This document shows positions 18,153 to 27,935 of a stretch of DNA of 45,895 nt, in pieces (the stretch's first letter is position 1; every line of letters starts with the position of its first letter). A program made the position numbers and the translations under genes. The notes under the pieces are model-generated. The model had not been told where the DNA came from and did no database searches. It saw nothing but the letters and a program-made list of their open reading frames with translations. Source of the stretch: a virus. Lineage: Duplodnaviria; Caudoviricetes. The stretch covers positions 1 through 45,895 of the IMG/VR virus record IMGVR_UViG_3300031732_000043; one strand, 5' to 3'.

Positions 18153-18722
18153 ATGGTGGATGTGAATCCGACTGAAGCAGGGTTCGATCCTGAAGATTTC
18201 ACCGGCTTCACACGGGATCATCTTCGAGCGTTCAGCAGATTCCGTTCGGTGGCCATCGATAACCACCTTCAGAACGGGAATCTGGATGGATCTGGGGAAA
18301 ACCCGGATGTGAAACATCACATCAAAGGTATAGTGGATACGAACACGCTGCTGAATCAGTACGAACTGCCGGTGGTGATGTCGGTTCCCACCGAGGTATC
18401 CAGCCAGCCCCGAACGACTGCTTCAGATGATACCACGTTCGGCTTCGCTGTATCTGCCTGGGTTTCCGATTACGATCAGGCATACGGCCTGGAAATGGCC
18501 CAGGTGATCATCGGCCAGATCGTGAATAACGTCGAATCGAATCGCACCCTCGAATCATCGCCAGGGGCTGGGGATCCCATCGCTGTGGATGCTGGCCTGG
18601 CGGGGCTGAATTCCGTAAATTATGGGTTTGAACTGAATGTGGATTCCCAGTTCACCCTGAAATACGGAACGGCTGAATTCGAGGTTCAGATAAAGCGGGA
18701 ACGGACCCAGCACTTTGGGTAA
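18153..18722 (+). CDS. Tail completion/terminator protein (putative)
   Basis: Position before the tail tube; likely ATG start at 18153 within ORF 17970..18722. Confidence 0.55.
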   Translation: MVDVNPTEAGFDPEDFTGFTRDHLRAFSRFRSVAIDNHLQNGNLDGSGENPDVKHHIKGIVDTNTLLNQYELPVVMSVPTEVSSQPRTTASDDTTFGFAVSAWVSDYDQAYGLEMAQVIIGQIVNNVESNRTLESSPGAGDPIAVDAGLAGLNSVNYGFELNVDSQFTLKYGTAEFEVQIKRERTQHFG

Positions 18723-18760
18723 GAACAGGCATAGAACCGAACCGAACTTGATCCAGAAAG

Positions 18761-19222
18761 ATGAACGAACTACCTAAGACGGATTCGGGTTCTGAATTCA
18801 TCCAGTTCCGGGGAAGGCAGGCTTCCGTGGTGTTGGATGAATTCGGGATCCGATTCACCGACATGGTGAAAGAAACCCCTGATGGTGAACCAAACATCAG
18901 GATGCACGAACCCCTGCCAGTGGCTGATGCGGAAGCCATCCGTGCAGGCGAAGCAGAATCGAACGCTGTGGCCAGGCCGGTGGCCGAACAGATCACGAAC
19001 GGTGATCTGGCGAATCCGCTGATCAATTGGGGGGTCATGTGCGAATACCCCACTGAAGATGGCGTGTGTGGTGACGTGTTCGATACGCCGAAATCGCTGA
19101 ACGGCCACCTTTCGCACCATTACGATGGCGAACCCGAACCTGAAAACCAGCGTGATGTGAATTCATCTGCATCGGATGAAGATAATCCAGATGAAGATGG
19201 ATCCGAGGAAGGTGATCAGTAG
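18761..19222 (+). CDS. Protein with C2H2 zinc finger
   Basis: CEYPTEDGVCGDVFDTPKSLNGHLSHH. Confidence 0.65.
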   Translation: MNELPKTDSGSEFIQFRGRQASVVLDEFGIRFTDMVKETPDGEPNIRMHEPLPVADAEAIRAGEAESNAVARPVAEQITNGDLANPLINWGVMCEYPTEDGVCGDVFDTPKSLNGHLSHHYDGEPEPENQRDVNSSASDEDNPDEDGSEEGDQ

Positions 19223-20227
19223 ATGCCCATAGGAACAGATGGCCAGTCGTTCAAAGGATACTGTGGAATCGCTGAAGAAAACGCATACGGTGATGGGGCT
19301 TCCCCAGGTGCGTTCCTACCGATCCGTTCGGATGGATTCGGTGCTGGGAACAACCCGCTGTATCAGTCGAACATTCGGGGCAGGGATCGGTACGCTGCCG
19401 CTGCCGGTATGTTCGATGATGATGGCGATGTGGAAATAGTGGCAGGCCCAGAAAACGGCCTGGGATACCTGCTGAAAGCGGCGTTCGGCAGTGCATCGGT
19501 AAGCACCAGCGACGAATCCGGCGATTCCACAGAAGATACCGGACTGCATCAATTCAGCCCAGCCGATGATCTGCCTTCCCTGGCAGTAGAAATCGGCCTG
19601 GGAAGCATCGATGCTGCCCAGCACGTCGGTGTGGGTGTGGATACACTCGAATTCAGCCACACGCCGGAAGAATACCTGGTGGTTACGGCTGGCATGACTG
19701 CCAAAGAATTCAACTTACAGGGCAGCCAGTCCAGCCCCACGTATTCCGATCTTCGGCCTTTCGTGTGGCATGATGGAACGATCACCGTGGAATCCACGGA
19801 TCGAACTGCCGACATCGCGGAATTCACCGCTGAAGTGTCGAATAACATCGATGAAAAGATCCGAGGTGAACGATCCCCCACAAAAGCCCACACCGGCCAG
19901 CGGGTAATCAGTGGGAACCTGAACCTGGATTTCGAGAACACGGATGTGGCTGAACTGTTCCTGGGTTCAGCCGGTGCTACCAACCCGGAAGGTGGGCTGA
20001 AGGAAGTGGAACTTCAGGCTACATGGACATCCCCCGAAGTGGTGGCTGGATCGAAGAATTACGAACTGGATCTGCACATCCCGAACGTTCGACTGGAAAC
20101 CTACGATGCGAACCTGAACGAACAGGACGCCATCGTGGAAAACATCGCCTGGGGGGCAGTGATGGATTCCAACGAGGGATACGACATGGAAGCCGAACTG
20201 GTGAACGGTATCACATCTTCCTATTAA
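19223..20227 (+). CDS. Major tail tube protein
   Basis: GIAEENAYG start, LGYLLKAAFG, LPSLAVEIG, GQRVISGNLNLDF and ELVNGITSSY end, typical of siphovirus tube proteins. Confidence 0.85.
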   Translation: MPIGTDGQSFKGYCGIAEENAYGDGASPGAFLPIRSDGFGAGNNPLYQSNIRGRDRYAAAAGMFDDDGDVEIVAGPENGLGYLLKAAFGSASVSTSDESGDSTEDTGLHQFSPADDLPSLAVEIGLGSIDAAQHVGVGVDTLEFSHTPEEYLVVTAGMTAKEFNLQGSQSSPTYSDLRPFVWHDGTITVESTDRTADIAEFTAEVSNNIDEKIRGERSPTKAHTGQRVISGNLNLDFENTDVAELFLGSAGATNPEGGLKEVELQATWTSPEVVAGSKNYELDLHIPNVRLETYDANLNEQDAIVENIAWGAVMDSNEGYDMEAELVNGITSSY

Positions 20228-20314
20228 ACTCCCTGAACGTGATCCCGTTCCTCGGATCCGCAAACACGTTCTTCTACTTCGATCACTGTATCAGGTTTAC
20301 CCATGTTCGTACTG

Positions 20315-20556
20315 GGTTAGTTCGGTGTTAGGTGCGATGTTAGTTCAGTGTTAGGTGTTAGGGTGATTCAGCAGTGCAGTGTTAGGCAGATTCCCAGTTT
20401 TCACCCACCGCTATGATGAATGAATGTTAGATCGGTGTTAGCCAGTATTACTACTACTTATCTGACTTAAACAGTAGTAAGTAGTAGTGTGCAGAAACCA
20501 ACCGAATCTAACAGCTACGCCGTTTCTGCACCCTAACACCTAACACTCACCTAACA
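20315..20556. repeat. Iteron array around an AT-rich palindrome; candidate replication origin
   Basis: 7 forward TGTTAG and 4 reverse CTAACA; perfect 19 bp inverted repeat 20347-65/20529-47; central inverted repeat ACTACTACTTA 20450-60/TAAGTAGTAGT 20478-88. Confidence 0.75.
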
Positions 20557-20590
20557 GCGAAAATTGCCGGTTCACGCGCACCGCGTTCGT

Positions 20591-21196
20591 TCAGTTCGTG
20601 TTCCCCATCCAGATGGCGTTCTTTCCACGATGCTTCTTCAGGGTGACAGAACCGAGGTAATACCCATCTTCACGGTTTTCCTTCAGTCGTTCCATCACCC
20701 GCCTGGCCTTCACGGATGGATTCGCTGAATCCTGAAACCCCATCCACTTCACGATTTTCGAGGAAGTGACAGGCGAACCCACCATCCGTTCCTGGATGAT
20801 CTTCAGAAATAACTGGTTTGAACGCGCATCGATCAGGCTGTTAGCAGCCGGAAAATCAGCCATTTCCTGCACGAATTCAGCACCGGATTCACCGCCGACT
20901 TTGCCGTTATCCAACCGATCAGCCAGATCTTCCACGGTTTCCACGTTCTGTTCGACATCCTGAACCTGCCCTTCGAGCGATTCGATCCGTTCGGCCATCT
21001 GATCCATCCGTTCTCGCTGTTCCTGAATCACTTCCCACAGTGCGGCCCGTGATGGAATATCCACATCGCCGTGGGTTTCCTGCACTTCGCCTGCCTGTTG
21101 TTCCAGGTGTTCCAGTATCTGTTCATCTGACGGTGCTTCAGCATCCACCTGATCGGGATCTTTCCCGATTCCAGTGGATTCAGCAGATGTTCCCAT
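20591..21196 (-). CDS. Coiled-coil plus C-terminal winged-helix-like protein; candidate origin-binding protein
   Basis: Acidic coiled coil, then basic VTSSKIVKWMG...KARRVMERL...VTLKKHRGKNAIW; flanked by iteron repeats. Confidence 0.65.
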   Translation of the reverse strand: MGTSAESTGIGKDPDQVDAEAPSDEQILEHLEQQAGEVQETHGDVDIPSRAALWEVIQEQRERMDQMAERIESLEGQVQDVEQNVETVEDLADRLDNGKVGGESGAEFVQEMADFPAANSLIDARSNQLFLKIIQERMVGSPVTSSKIVKWMGFQDSANPSVKARRVMERLKENREDGYYLGSVTLKKHRGKNAIWMGNTN

Positions 21197-21294
21197 GATT
21201 GATCACCGTTCCACCGACAGCACCGTTCCACCAGTGAACTGCCGGTAATCTGTGCTGTTCTGTTCCCCCCGACAAATAGGTTAGGGAACCGTTC

Positions 21295-21332
21295 GTTCAG
21301 TGTTAGGTGCGATGTTAGTTCGGTGTTAGGTG
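21295..21332. promoter_or_regulatory. Second iteron cluster between divergent genes
   Basis: 36/38 nt identical to 20320-20357. Confidence 0.7.
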
Positions 21333-21397
21333 GTCGGGAAGGCTGGCCGAATCCAGCGTGATGGCGGTTTATGGCTTGCAGAATACAGGATGCACGT

Positions 21398-21898
21398 ATG
21401 GCTGCCGAACGAACCGAGGAAACAGATCCTGATGTGGATGATGCACAGTGGGCCAGTGAACAGGAATACAAACAGGAAGTGCAGGAAAGCCAGGATGTGG
21501 TGGTTCCGAAGGGTGATATGAAGTTCAGGATCACCCAGGAATCCCCGATCAGGCAGGCTGCACTGGTGGATGAATACAATATCCGCCAGATGGAATCCCT
21601 GGTGGAAGAAATGCCTGAACAGACCGATCTTCAGCAGGATCCTGGCCAGATCGATGGTGATGAAGCAGATGCAGTTCTTCGACTTATCGCTTATTTCCGT
21701 GATCTGCTGGAACCGAACGTGATGAAGCCGGATGTTCACTGGGCAGATCCCCACGGTTCCGGCTTCGATCTGTCCACCCTGCACGATGAAGATCTGATCC
21801 ACCTGGTGGATCACGTAACTGGCAAAGATGCTGGAATTATCCCAGATGAAGGGTCACCCAAGGAACGGAAGCAGCACCGGGCTGAAAGGTTTCGCTAA
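21398..21898 (+). CDS. Tail assembly chaperone (G-like)
   Basis: Precedes the tape measure gene; ends TTT CGC TAA; likely start at 21398. Confidence 0.75.
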   Translation: MAAERTEETDPDVDDAQWASEQEYKQEVQESQDVVVPKGDMKFRITQESPIRQAALVDEYNIRQMESLVEEMPEQTDLQQDPGQIDGDEADAVLRLIAYFRDLLEPNVMKPDVHWADPHGSGFDLSTLHDEDLIHLVDHVTGKDAGIIPDEGSPKERKQHRAERFR

Positions 21899-22208
21899 AA
21901 ACCCCATCATCGTGCAGGCAGGTGTGATGGGGGAAGCATACGGAACACCACCCGATACAATGCTAAACGCTGATCTAACACCGGCAGAACGATTCTGGTT
22001 CAATAATGACGTGTGGGCAGCCACCCGCAAATTCGAGCGAACGGTAAAGCAGCAGAACGCTGGTGGCACTGCTGGCCGGGAATCCCAGGAACTGGCTTCC
22101 GAACAGATACAGCGGGCTGCCCAAGCTGATGATCCCGCTGCCCCCGAGGAACAGATTGAAGCACTGGAACGGGTGCAGGAAATCAGACAGATGCAGGGGA
22201 ATCACTGA
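21890..22208 (+). CDS. +1 frameshift extension of the tail chaperone (GT-like)
   Basis: TTT-CGC at 21890-95; the +1 frame reads FAKNPIIVQ... to a stop overlapping the tape measure start. Confidence 0.72.
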
Positions 22209-24883
22209 TGGCGGGGCAGGCGAACGTCGAAGTGCTGGTGGAAGCCGTCACGGAAGCAGCCGAATCTTCGCTGAATGAAGTATCTGGATCACTCGAAGAA
22301 ACAGGTGATGCAGGTGCTGATGCAGCCGATGGCATGGCCGATGCTGAAGATGCAGCCGATGGTGCGGGCAGTTCGATGGCCACAGCAGCCGATGATGCTG
22401 AAAACCTATCTGATGCGTCTTACGATACAGCCGATGGCCTGTTTGAAATCGATGCAGCAGCAGCCGCTGCATCTGGTGGGCTGGCAGCAGCGGGAACGGC
22501 CATGCAAGCACTATTCGATAAAACCCAAAGCACCAGGGAATCCCTTGGAAGAACGGCTGCAACCCTGGGTATGACTCGGGATGAAGTTTCTGGAATGGCC
22601 ACGGATCTGTCTAATGCCACCTTCCCGTTGGAAGATGCTGAAGCCACGCTTTCAAGCCTGGCCCAGCAGGGGGTTGAATCCGAGGAAGATCTTCGGAATG
22701 TAGCTGATTCGATGGATGCAGTGGCCGATGCGACCGGATCCAGTGCGGAATCCATATCTGATTCGATGGGGCCAGCACTTCGAGCGTTCGGAAACGATCT
22801 GGAAAACGCCGAAGAACACATGGATACGTTCACGTTCGTGGCCAGAAACACCACCCAGGATGTGGAAGGGTTCAGTTCGGTGGTGGAACGGCTGGCACCC
22901 GAACTTCAGGAAATGGGGCTGTCCCTGGATGAAACGGCTGCTATCATGGCAGCACTGGAAGAAAAAGGAATCACCGGCAGGCAGGCCATCCGGGAATTCC
23001 GCCAGGCGACCCGTGAAGCAGAAGGGGATCAGGCTGCCCTTCGGGAAGAACTGGGACTATCCGGGGAAGCCATTGCTGAACAGGAACAGGCACTGTCAGA
23101 AGCCGAAGGAACCACACGCGAACACGCTGAAGCAGCGAACGAATCCCTGACTGCTACTGATTCGCTTCGAGCAAAATTTGATGATCTGATGCTTCAGGCC
23201 AGTGAAACCCTCGGGCCAGTGAACGCACTTGCCCCTGCATTGCAGGGTGTGGGAACGGCTGGGCTGGCCCTTTCAGCGGTGAACACATCAGCAGTAATCC
23301 CCAGCATCACTGGTGTGGTATCGGCACTGGGGCCGATTCTGCCGATACTGGCGGCTGTGGCCGCTGCTGTTGCTGCCCTATACGTCGCCTGGGAAAATAA
23401 TCTGGGCGGAATCCGAGATAAGGCCCAGGAACTGTGGGAACTGCTTCAGCCACTGTTCCAGGATATTCAGGATGTGATTCGCCAGTTCGTTCAGGTGGCC
23501 ACCGATCTGTGGAACCAGTTCGGTGATGAAATCATGGCAGTGGTTGATGCAGTGTTCGGAACCATCTTGAATATCATCATGGTGCAGTTGGATGCGGTAA
23601 TATCCGCCATCAGGGTGGTTCTGAACATCATTCAGGGTGACTGGGAAGAAGCCTGGAATATTGTGAAGAACTTCTTCGGCAGAACGCTGGGAAGAATCCA
23701 GCAACTGCTTACAGGCTGGGCTGATGCGTTCGCAGCCATCCTGGGTGGGCTGGGCCAAACCATCGCTGGGTTCGCTAATACCACGAAACAAATCCTGCTG
23801 TCGGCAGTGCAGGCATACATCGGGTTCTGGCGAACCCTCGGTGAAACGCTGCTGGAAATTGGCCAGCGGATATTCGATTTCCTTACAAACATCTTCACCA
23901 GTCTGAAGGAACGGCTGTTCGGGCTGGGGAATCAGATCCGGGAAGGAATCACGAACCGATGGAACCAGTTGAAGGAAATGGTGCTAACCATTGGCCAGAC
24001 ACTGTTCGACAGGACAGTGGGCAGGTGGTTGAATCTGATGCAGCGGCTGTTCGATCTGGGAACCCAGGTAAAGCAGGGGATTATCCAGCGGTGGCAGGCG
24101 ATGAAAGAACGGGTGGTTTCCATCGGCCAGGCACTGTATGATGCGACAGTCGGGAAAATCACGAACCTGAAGAACCGGCTGTTTGAACTGGGGAACCGGA
24201 TCAAAAACGGGATCACCCAGCGGTGGAACACGCTTCAGAACCAGGTGCAGAACAAAACCCAGATGCTATATGATAAGACCGTGGGGAAGATCACGAATCT
24301 GAAGGAAAAGATTCTATCCCTCGGTGATAACATCAGGGACGGGCTGAAGGAACGATTCACCCAGATGAAGGATCGGGTGCAGGAACAGGTGCAGCAGGTG
24401 AAGGAAAAGGTCATTCAGAAGTTCAAGAACATCAAAGAACGGCTGTTCGGAATCGGGGAAAACATCCGCGAATTCTTCCAAAATCTGTGGGCGGATCTTA
24501 AAGCATCCGTTCCTGATGGCGATGATCTGGTTCCCGATGTGCCAGATGTGGATGTGCCTGGATCAGATATGGCAGGCGATGCAGCCGGTGCAGTAGGCGG
24601 TGCAGCCAGCAGGCTGCCCGGCCTGGCCGAAGGTGGCCGGGTGGCCGAAACTGGGCTGGCACTGGTGCATGAAGGTGAAACGTTCATCCCAGATGAAGTG
24701 CTGGATCAGGCGAACCAAAACCAGGATCAGCAGCAGCCCACAAGAACAGCCCCCGAAACAGTAGAACAGCGAACTGAAGTAAACGTGGATGTGGCTGGAA
24801 GCCTGGATAACGACCCGTACCAGTTCAGTCGTGATCTGGCCACCCAGGTGCAGAAAGAAATGCGGAATCTAACGGGAACTTAA
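22208..24883 (+). CDS. Tail tape measure protein
   Basis: 891 aa Ala-rich helical protein, W-spaced repeats, LAEGG...LVHEGE C-terminal motif. Confidence 0.93.
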   Translation: MAGQANVEVLVEAVTEAAESSLNEVSGSLEETGDAGADAADGMADAEDAADGAGSSMATAADDAENLSDASYDTADGLFEIDAAAAAASGGLAAAGTAMQALFDKTQSTRESLGRTAATLGMTRDEVSGMATDLSNATFPLEDAEATLSSLAQQGVESEEDLRNVADSMDAVADATGSSAESISDSMGPALRAFGNDLENAEEHMDTFTFVARNTTQDVEGFSSVVERLAPELQEMGLSLDETAAIMAALEEKGITGRQAIREFRQATREAEGDQAALREELGLSGEAIAEQEQALSEAEGTTREHAEAANESLTATDSLRAKFDDLMLQASETLGPVNALAPALQGVGTAGLALSAVNTSAVIPSITGVVSALGPILPILAAVAAAVAALYVAWENNLGGIRDKAQELWELLQPLFQDIQDVIRQFVQVATDLWNQFGDEIMAVVDAVFGTILNIIMVQLDAVISAIRVVLNIIQGDWEEAWNIVKNFFGRTLGRIQQLLTGWADAFAAILGGLGQTIAGFANTTKQILLSAVQAYIGFWRTLGETLLEIGQRIFDFLTNIFTSLKERLFGLGNQIREGITNRWNQLKEMVLTIGQTLFDRTVGRWLNLMQRLFDLGTQVKQGIIQRWQAMKERVVSIGQALYDATVGKITNLKNRLFELGNRIKNGITQRWNTLQNQVQNKTQMLYDKTVGKITNLKEKILSLGDNIRDGLKERFTQMKDRVQEQVQQVKEKVIQKFKNIKERLFGIGENIREFFQNLWADLKASVPDGDDLVPDVPDVDVPGSDMAGDAAGAVGGAASRLPGLAEGGRVAETGLALVHEGETFIPDEVLDQANQNQDQQQPTRTAPETVEQRTEVNVDVAGSLDNDPYQFSRDLATQVQKEMRNLTGT

Positions 24884-24885
24884 CC

Positions 24886-26193
24886 ATGTCGTTCAGCCTA
24901 ACCATCGCTGGATATACCTTCGAGAACCCGCCAGAACAGTATTCTAAAACGCTGGAACTGGGAAACGAACCCCAGCGGCTGTTCAGGCGAGTTTCACCCC
25001 AATATTACCGTTCAGACAGTCAAAATATCAGCGTATCCCTCGGATCCACGCTGGCACTGAACCCAGCACTGGGCGGGACCGATGATCTAAACGAACTGGA
25101 ACGGCTTCAGGAAATCGCCATCGATGGCACCGAAGTGAAAGTGGAATTCAACCCGTTCATATCTGGGCGGGGGGTAATCGTGAATAACCCGTTCGGCCAG
25201 TCGGATGGGGAAGCGAATTACGATTTCACGATAAACATGAACAGCCTGGATACGGATGCTTCAGCATATCCAGCCAGGCAATATCCAGATACGCCGAACA
25301 CGTTCAAACTGGGCGAACTGGAACTGGGATATGATCCCCAGTCGGTGACTGAAACATACAGCCAGGCCACCGAACAGGTGGATCGGCTTCAGGGGATCAG
25401 CCAGACAGTGGATAATAAGGGCCTGATTCCTCGGGTGCAGATCCAGGGCAGAATTGATGGGGCAGGCCAGCGGGAACTGTGGGAACGTGGTAGATCGAAC
25501 AGCCTGTCATACCTTCAGGCCGAATTCCAGAACGGATATGCACTGATCGATTCCCTCGAAATCGGGAATCTTACCGAAGCCCCCCACTATCTGAAGGGGA
25601 TGTTCGATTACCAGGTGGATCTGCTTATCGTATCAGATCCAGATTCGGGGATCGGAAACGTGCAAAAACGGGTGGATAAGGGGGTGAAGGAAGATGGAAC
25701 ATACGTTTCGGATCGGGAAATCGATGGAACGATCACCGAAACAGATTCAGGCGTTCGCATCAGCAGCGGCAGCGGTGCAATAAATAACATATACACCGAG
25801 TGGACGCGGAAGGAAATCAGCCTGGGATCGGATCAATACCGATACATCTGGGCCGAAGATCCCGATACGGATGGTTTCGGCAGTATCGAATCGAACACAT
25901 CCGGGTTCCCGAATGACGTGATCGAACTGTATGAAATCGAAACCACATCTGGCGATATAACTACCCAGATCGACAGGCGGATTTCGCTGATGATTCAGCA
26001 GGGAATTACGGCAGATTTCGTGTTCACCAGCCAGTTCGATGTGGATGATAGCGAAATCGAATTCAATTCTAAATATCCCTTCACCGATCAGATCCAGATC
26101 GATGATGGCGGGATCAGCGCGAACCCCGTGGATCGATCCACCACCACACAGTTCGACGTGGATGATTCGGATGTAGAATTCACGCTAAACTGA
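24886..26193 (+). CDS. Tail tip protein (distal-tail-like, internal duplication)
   Basis: Follows the tape measure gene; two similar domains; C-terminal QFDVDDS repeated. Confidence 0.65.
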   Translation: MSFSLTIAGYTFENPPEQYSKTLELGNEPQRLFRRVSPQYYRSDSQNISVSLGSTLALNPALGGTDDLNELERLQEIAIDGTEVKVEFNPFISGRGVIVNNPFGQSDGEANYDFTINMNSLDTDASAYPARQYPDTPNTFKLGELELGYDPQSVTETYSQATEQVDRLQGISQTVDNKGLIPRVQIQGRIDGAGQRELWERGRSNSLSYLQAEFQNGYALIDSLEIGNLTEAPHYLKGMFDYQVDLLIVSDPDSGIGNVQKRVDKGVKEDGTYVSDREIDGTITETDSGVRISSGSGAINNIYTEWTRKEISLGSDQYRYIWAEDPDTDGFGSIESNTSGFPNDVIELYEIETTSGDITTQIDRRISLMIQQGITADFVFTSQFDVDDSEIEFNSKYPFTDQIQIDDGGISANPVDRSTTTQFDVDDSDVEFTLN

Positions 26194-26253
26194 ATCAGGC
26201 CCCCTGAAACCCTCGGGATACGCTTTAACTGTCGAACCAGACAGTATCACCAC

Positions 26254-27225
26254 ATGGCCACCCAAGCAGAATCACAGGATACGATTGCGGGAATCGTGGA
26301 TACATTTGCCACGATGTTGGAAAACAATTCAGGGTATTCTGATGCAGATACGTCGGTCGTGAACGATCAGTCAAACGACGACTGGCACAATAACGGCAGG
26401 GTGTTTCAGCACACTGGCACTGGGATATACATTCTGTTTTTCATCACTTACGGTAACTTCAACAACCGCCAGGGAATCGCGTTTCACATCAGCGAATCCT
26501 GGAACGGCACCTATGGGACTCCCGAAAACAGAACCGACATATCGAATACCAACAGCCCACCGTACAATGAAGCTACTAATAACAACGTTAGCATCCAGCG
26601 TGCGGGGGATTCATTCACCGATAATAACGGGTCTGATAAGGGGCTGTGGGCGTTTACTGACGATTATCTTGGAAACTCAAGAACTGATTTTGCACAAAAC
26701 TTCAGTGCCACCTTTTTCGCTTCCGTAACGCAGGATCACTTCACCATCGGGGCCTGGAACACGACATCAGGCAATAATGGTGGTTCTGCCTGTTACACCT
26801 TCCAAAACTCGAATAAACTGTGGGATGATGGAACGTCGAACGTGGCCCTTTACCACATCTGTAACCACACGTATCAACACTTCAATTCCACGTATTGCTG
26901 GAATTATAATTTATCAGAAGATAACTGGTATGACGGCACTGAACAATTGAATAATTACGCTTGTGCCATCACAAACGCTATGTATGGACAGATAAATCCG
27001 GCTTCCCAGGATGATACAGTGTTCCTTCGGCAGCCGGTGGTTCACGATTCAGCATCTGTGGAAATCCCCATCGCCATATACGATCCACTAATCCCGGTGG
27101 ATCGGGATGAAGGCCCATCCCACGGCGACGAAATCGACATCCCAGATGGAACTACATACAGGATAATGCGACAGTCGGGGGCTTCCCAATCACGAACTAT
27201 TACGGTGGGTATGCGGTATCAGTAA
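26254..27225 (+). CDS. Putative receptor-binding/minor tail protein
   Basis: N/T/Y/W-rich, lower-GC centre, within the tail tip module. Confidence 0.55.
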   Translation: MATQAESQDTIAGIVDTFATMLENNSGYSDADTSVVNDQSNDDWHNNGRVFQHTGTGIYILFFITYGNFNNRQGIAFHISESWNGTYGTPENRTDISNTNSPPYNEATNNNVSIQRAGDSFTDNNGSDKGLWAFTDDYLGNSRTDFAQNFSATFFASVTQDHFTIGAWNTTSGNNGGSACYTFQNSNKLWDDGTSNVALYHICNHTYQHFNSTYCWNYNLSEDNWYDGTEQLNNYACAITNAMYGQINPASQDDTVFLRQPVVHDSASVEIPIAIYDPLIPVDRDEGPSHGDEIDIPDGTTYRIMRQSGASQSRTITVGMRYQ

Positions 27226-27231
27226 CGGCAG

Positions 27232-27897
27232 ATGGCCAGTTATTCAGCGGAAACAGTCGGGGATACTGTCGATTCTACTGAACGAACCGATCAGCAGCGG
27301 CAGGCTGAAACCCTCGAAACTGTATCCGGCCAGCACAGCAGCACGATATGGCAGGCCGAAACGCTGGAAATCATCGGTTCAAGCAGACCCCCGAAACTGT
27401 GGGATGCAGTTACGCTGAACACGACTTACGCGCCCAGATCGACAAAAAACAGGAATGGGCGGGTGGTGGCCGATGTCATATCAGGCACCTATATCCCGGC
27501 TGGATCGTTCGCACAGACAGATGTGCGTGTGGTGGATACGGAAGGGAACCTAATCACGGAAGCGAACTGGTTGGTGGCCAAAGGTTCGCTGTCACCATCC
27601 ACCCCCTTATCCGAGGGTGAAGGAACGATTCGCACCCTGAAGAACCAGTATGATGATTTCATCGTTCGGGCTGATTCGGGATACAGCGGCTGGGATGTGG
27701 CCTGGGAAACGGTGGATGATCAGGATCCCCTGAACGCTGGCTTCGAGGATAGTAAGGATATTGTGGTAGATCCGATCTTCCCAGTGGTGGGTGCTGGTGA
27801 ACCCGAGGAAGGGGATCTGTGCGTTCTGGTGGAAGATGAATTGGCTATGTCCGAATCCGGTGAAACAGCCATCGGTGATGAAGTGATGATCCTGTAA
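27232..27897 (+). CDS. Minor tail protein
   Basis: N-terminal (W)QAETLE repeats; position. Confidence 0.55.
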   Translation: MASYSAETVGDTVDSTERTDQQRQAETLETVSGQHSSTIWQAETLEIIGSSRPPKLWDAVTLNTTYAPRSTKNRNGRVVADVISGTYIPAGSFAQTDVRVVDTEGNLITEANWLVAKGSLSPSTPLSEGEGTIRTLKNQYDDFIVRADSGYSGWDVAWETVDDQDPLNAGFEDSKDIVVDPIFPVVGAGEPEEGDLCVLVEDELAMSESGETAIGDEVMIL

Positions 27898-27935
27898 GCA
27901 CCGTGGAAACCAGCGTGAAGGCCGTTTAACCACGC

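Noticed and set aside
20315-20556. CRISPR array or telomere-like repeat
   Set aside because: Repeats are 6-11 bp, irregularly spaced and switch orientation; there are no unique 30-40 bp spacers and no cas genes.
20320-21332. Insertion sequence flanked by direct repeats
   Set aside because: The enclosed gene has no transposase or recombinase motifs, and the repeat unit recurs at 30684, which favours protein-binding sites.
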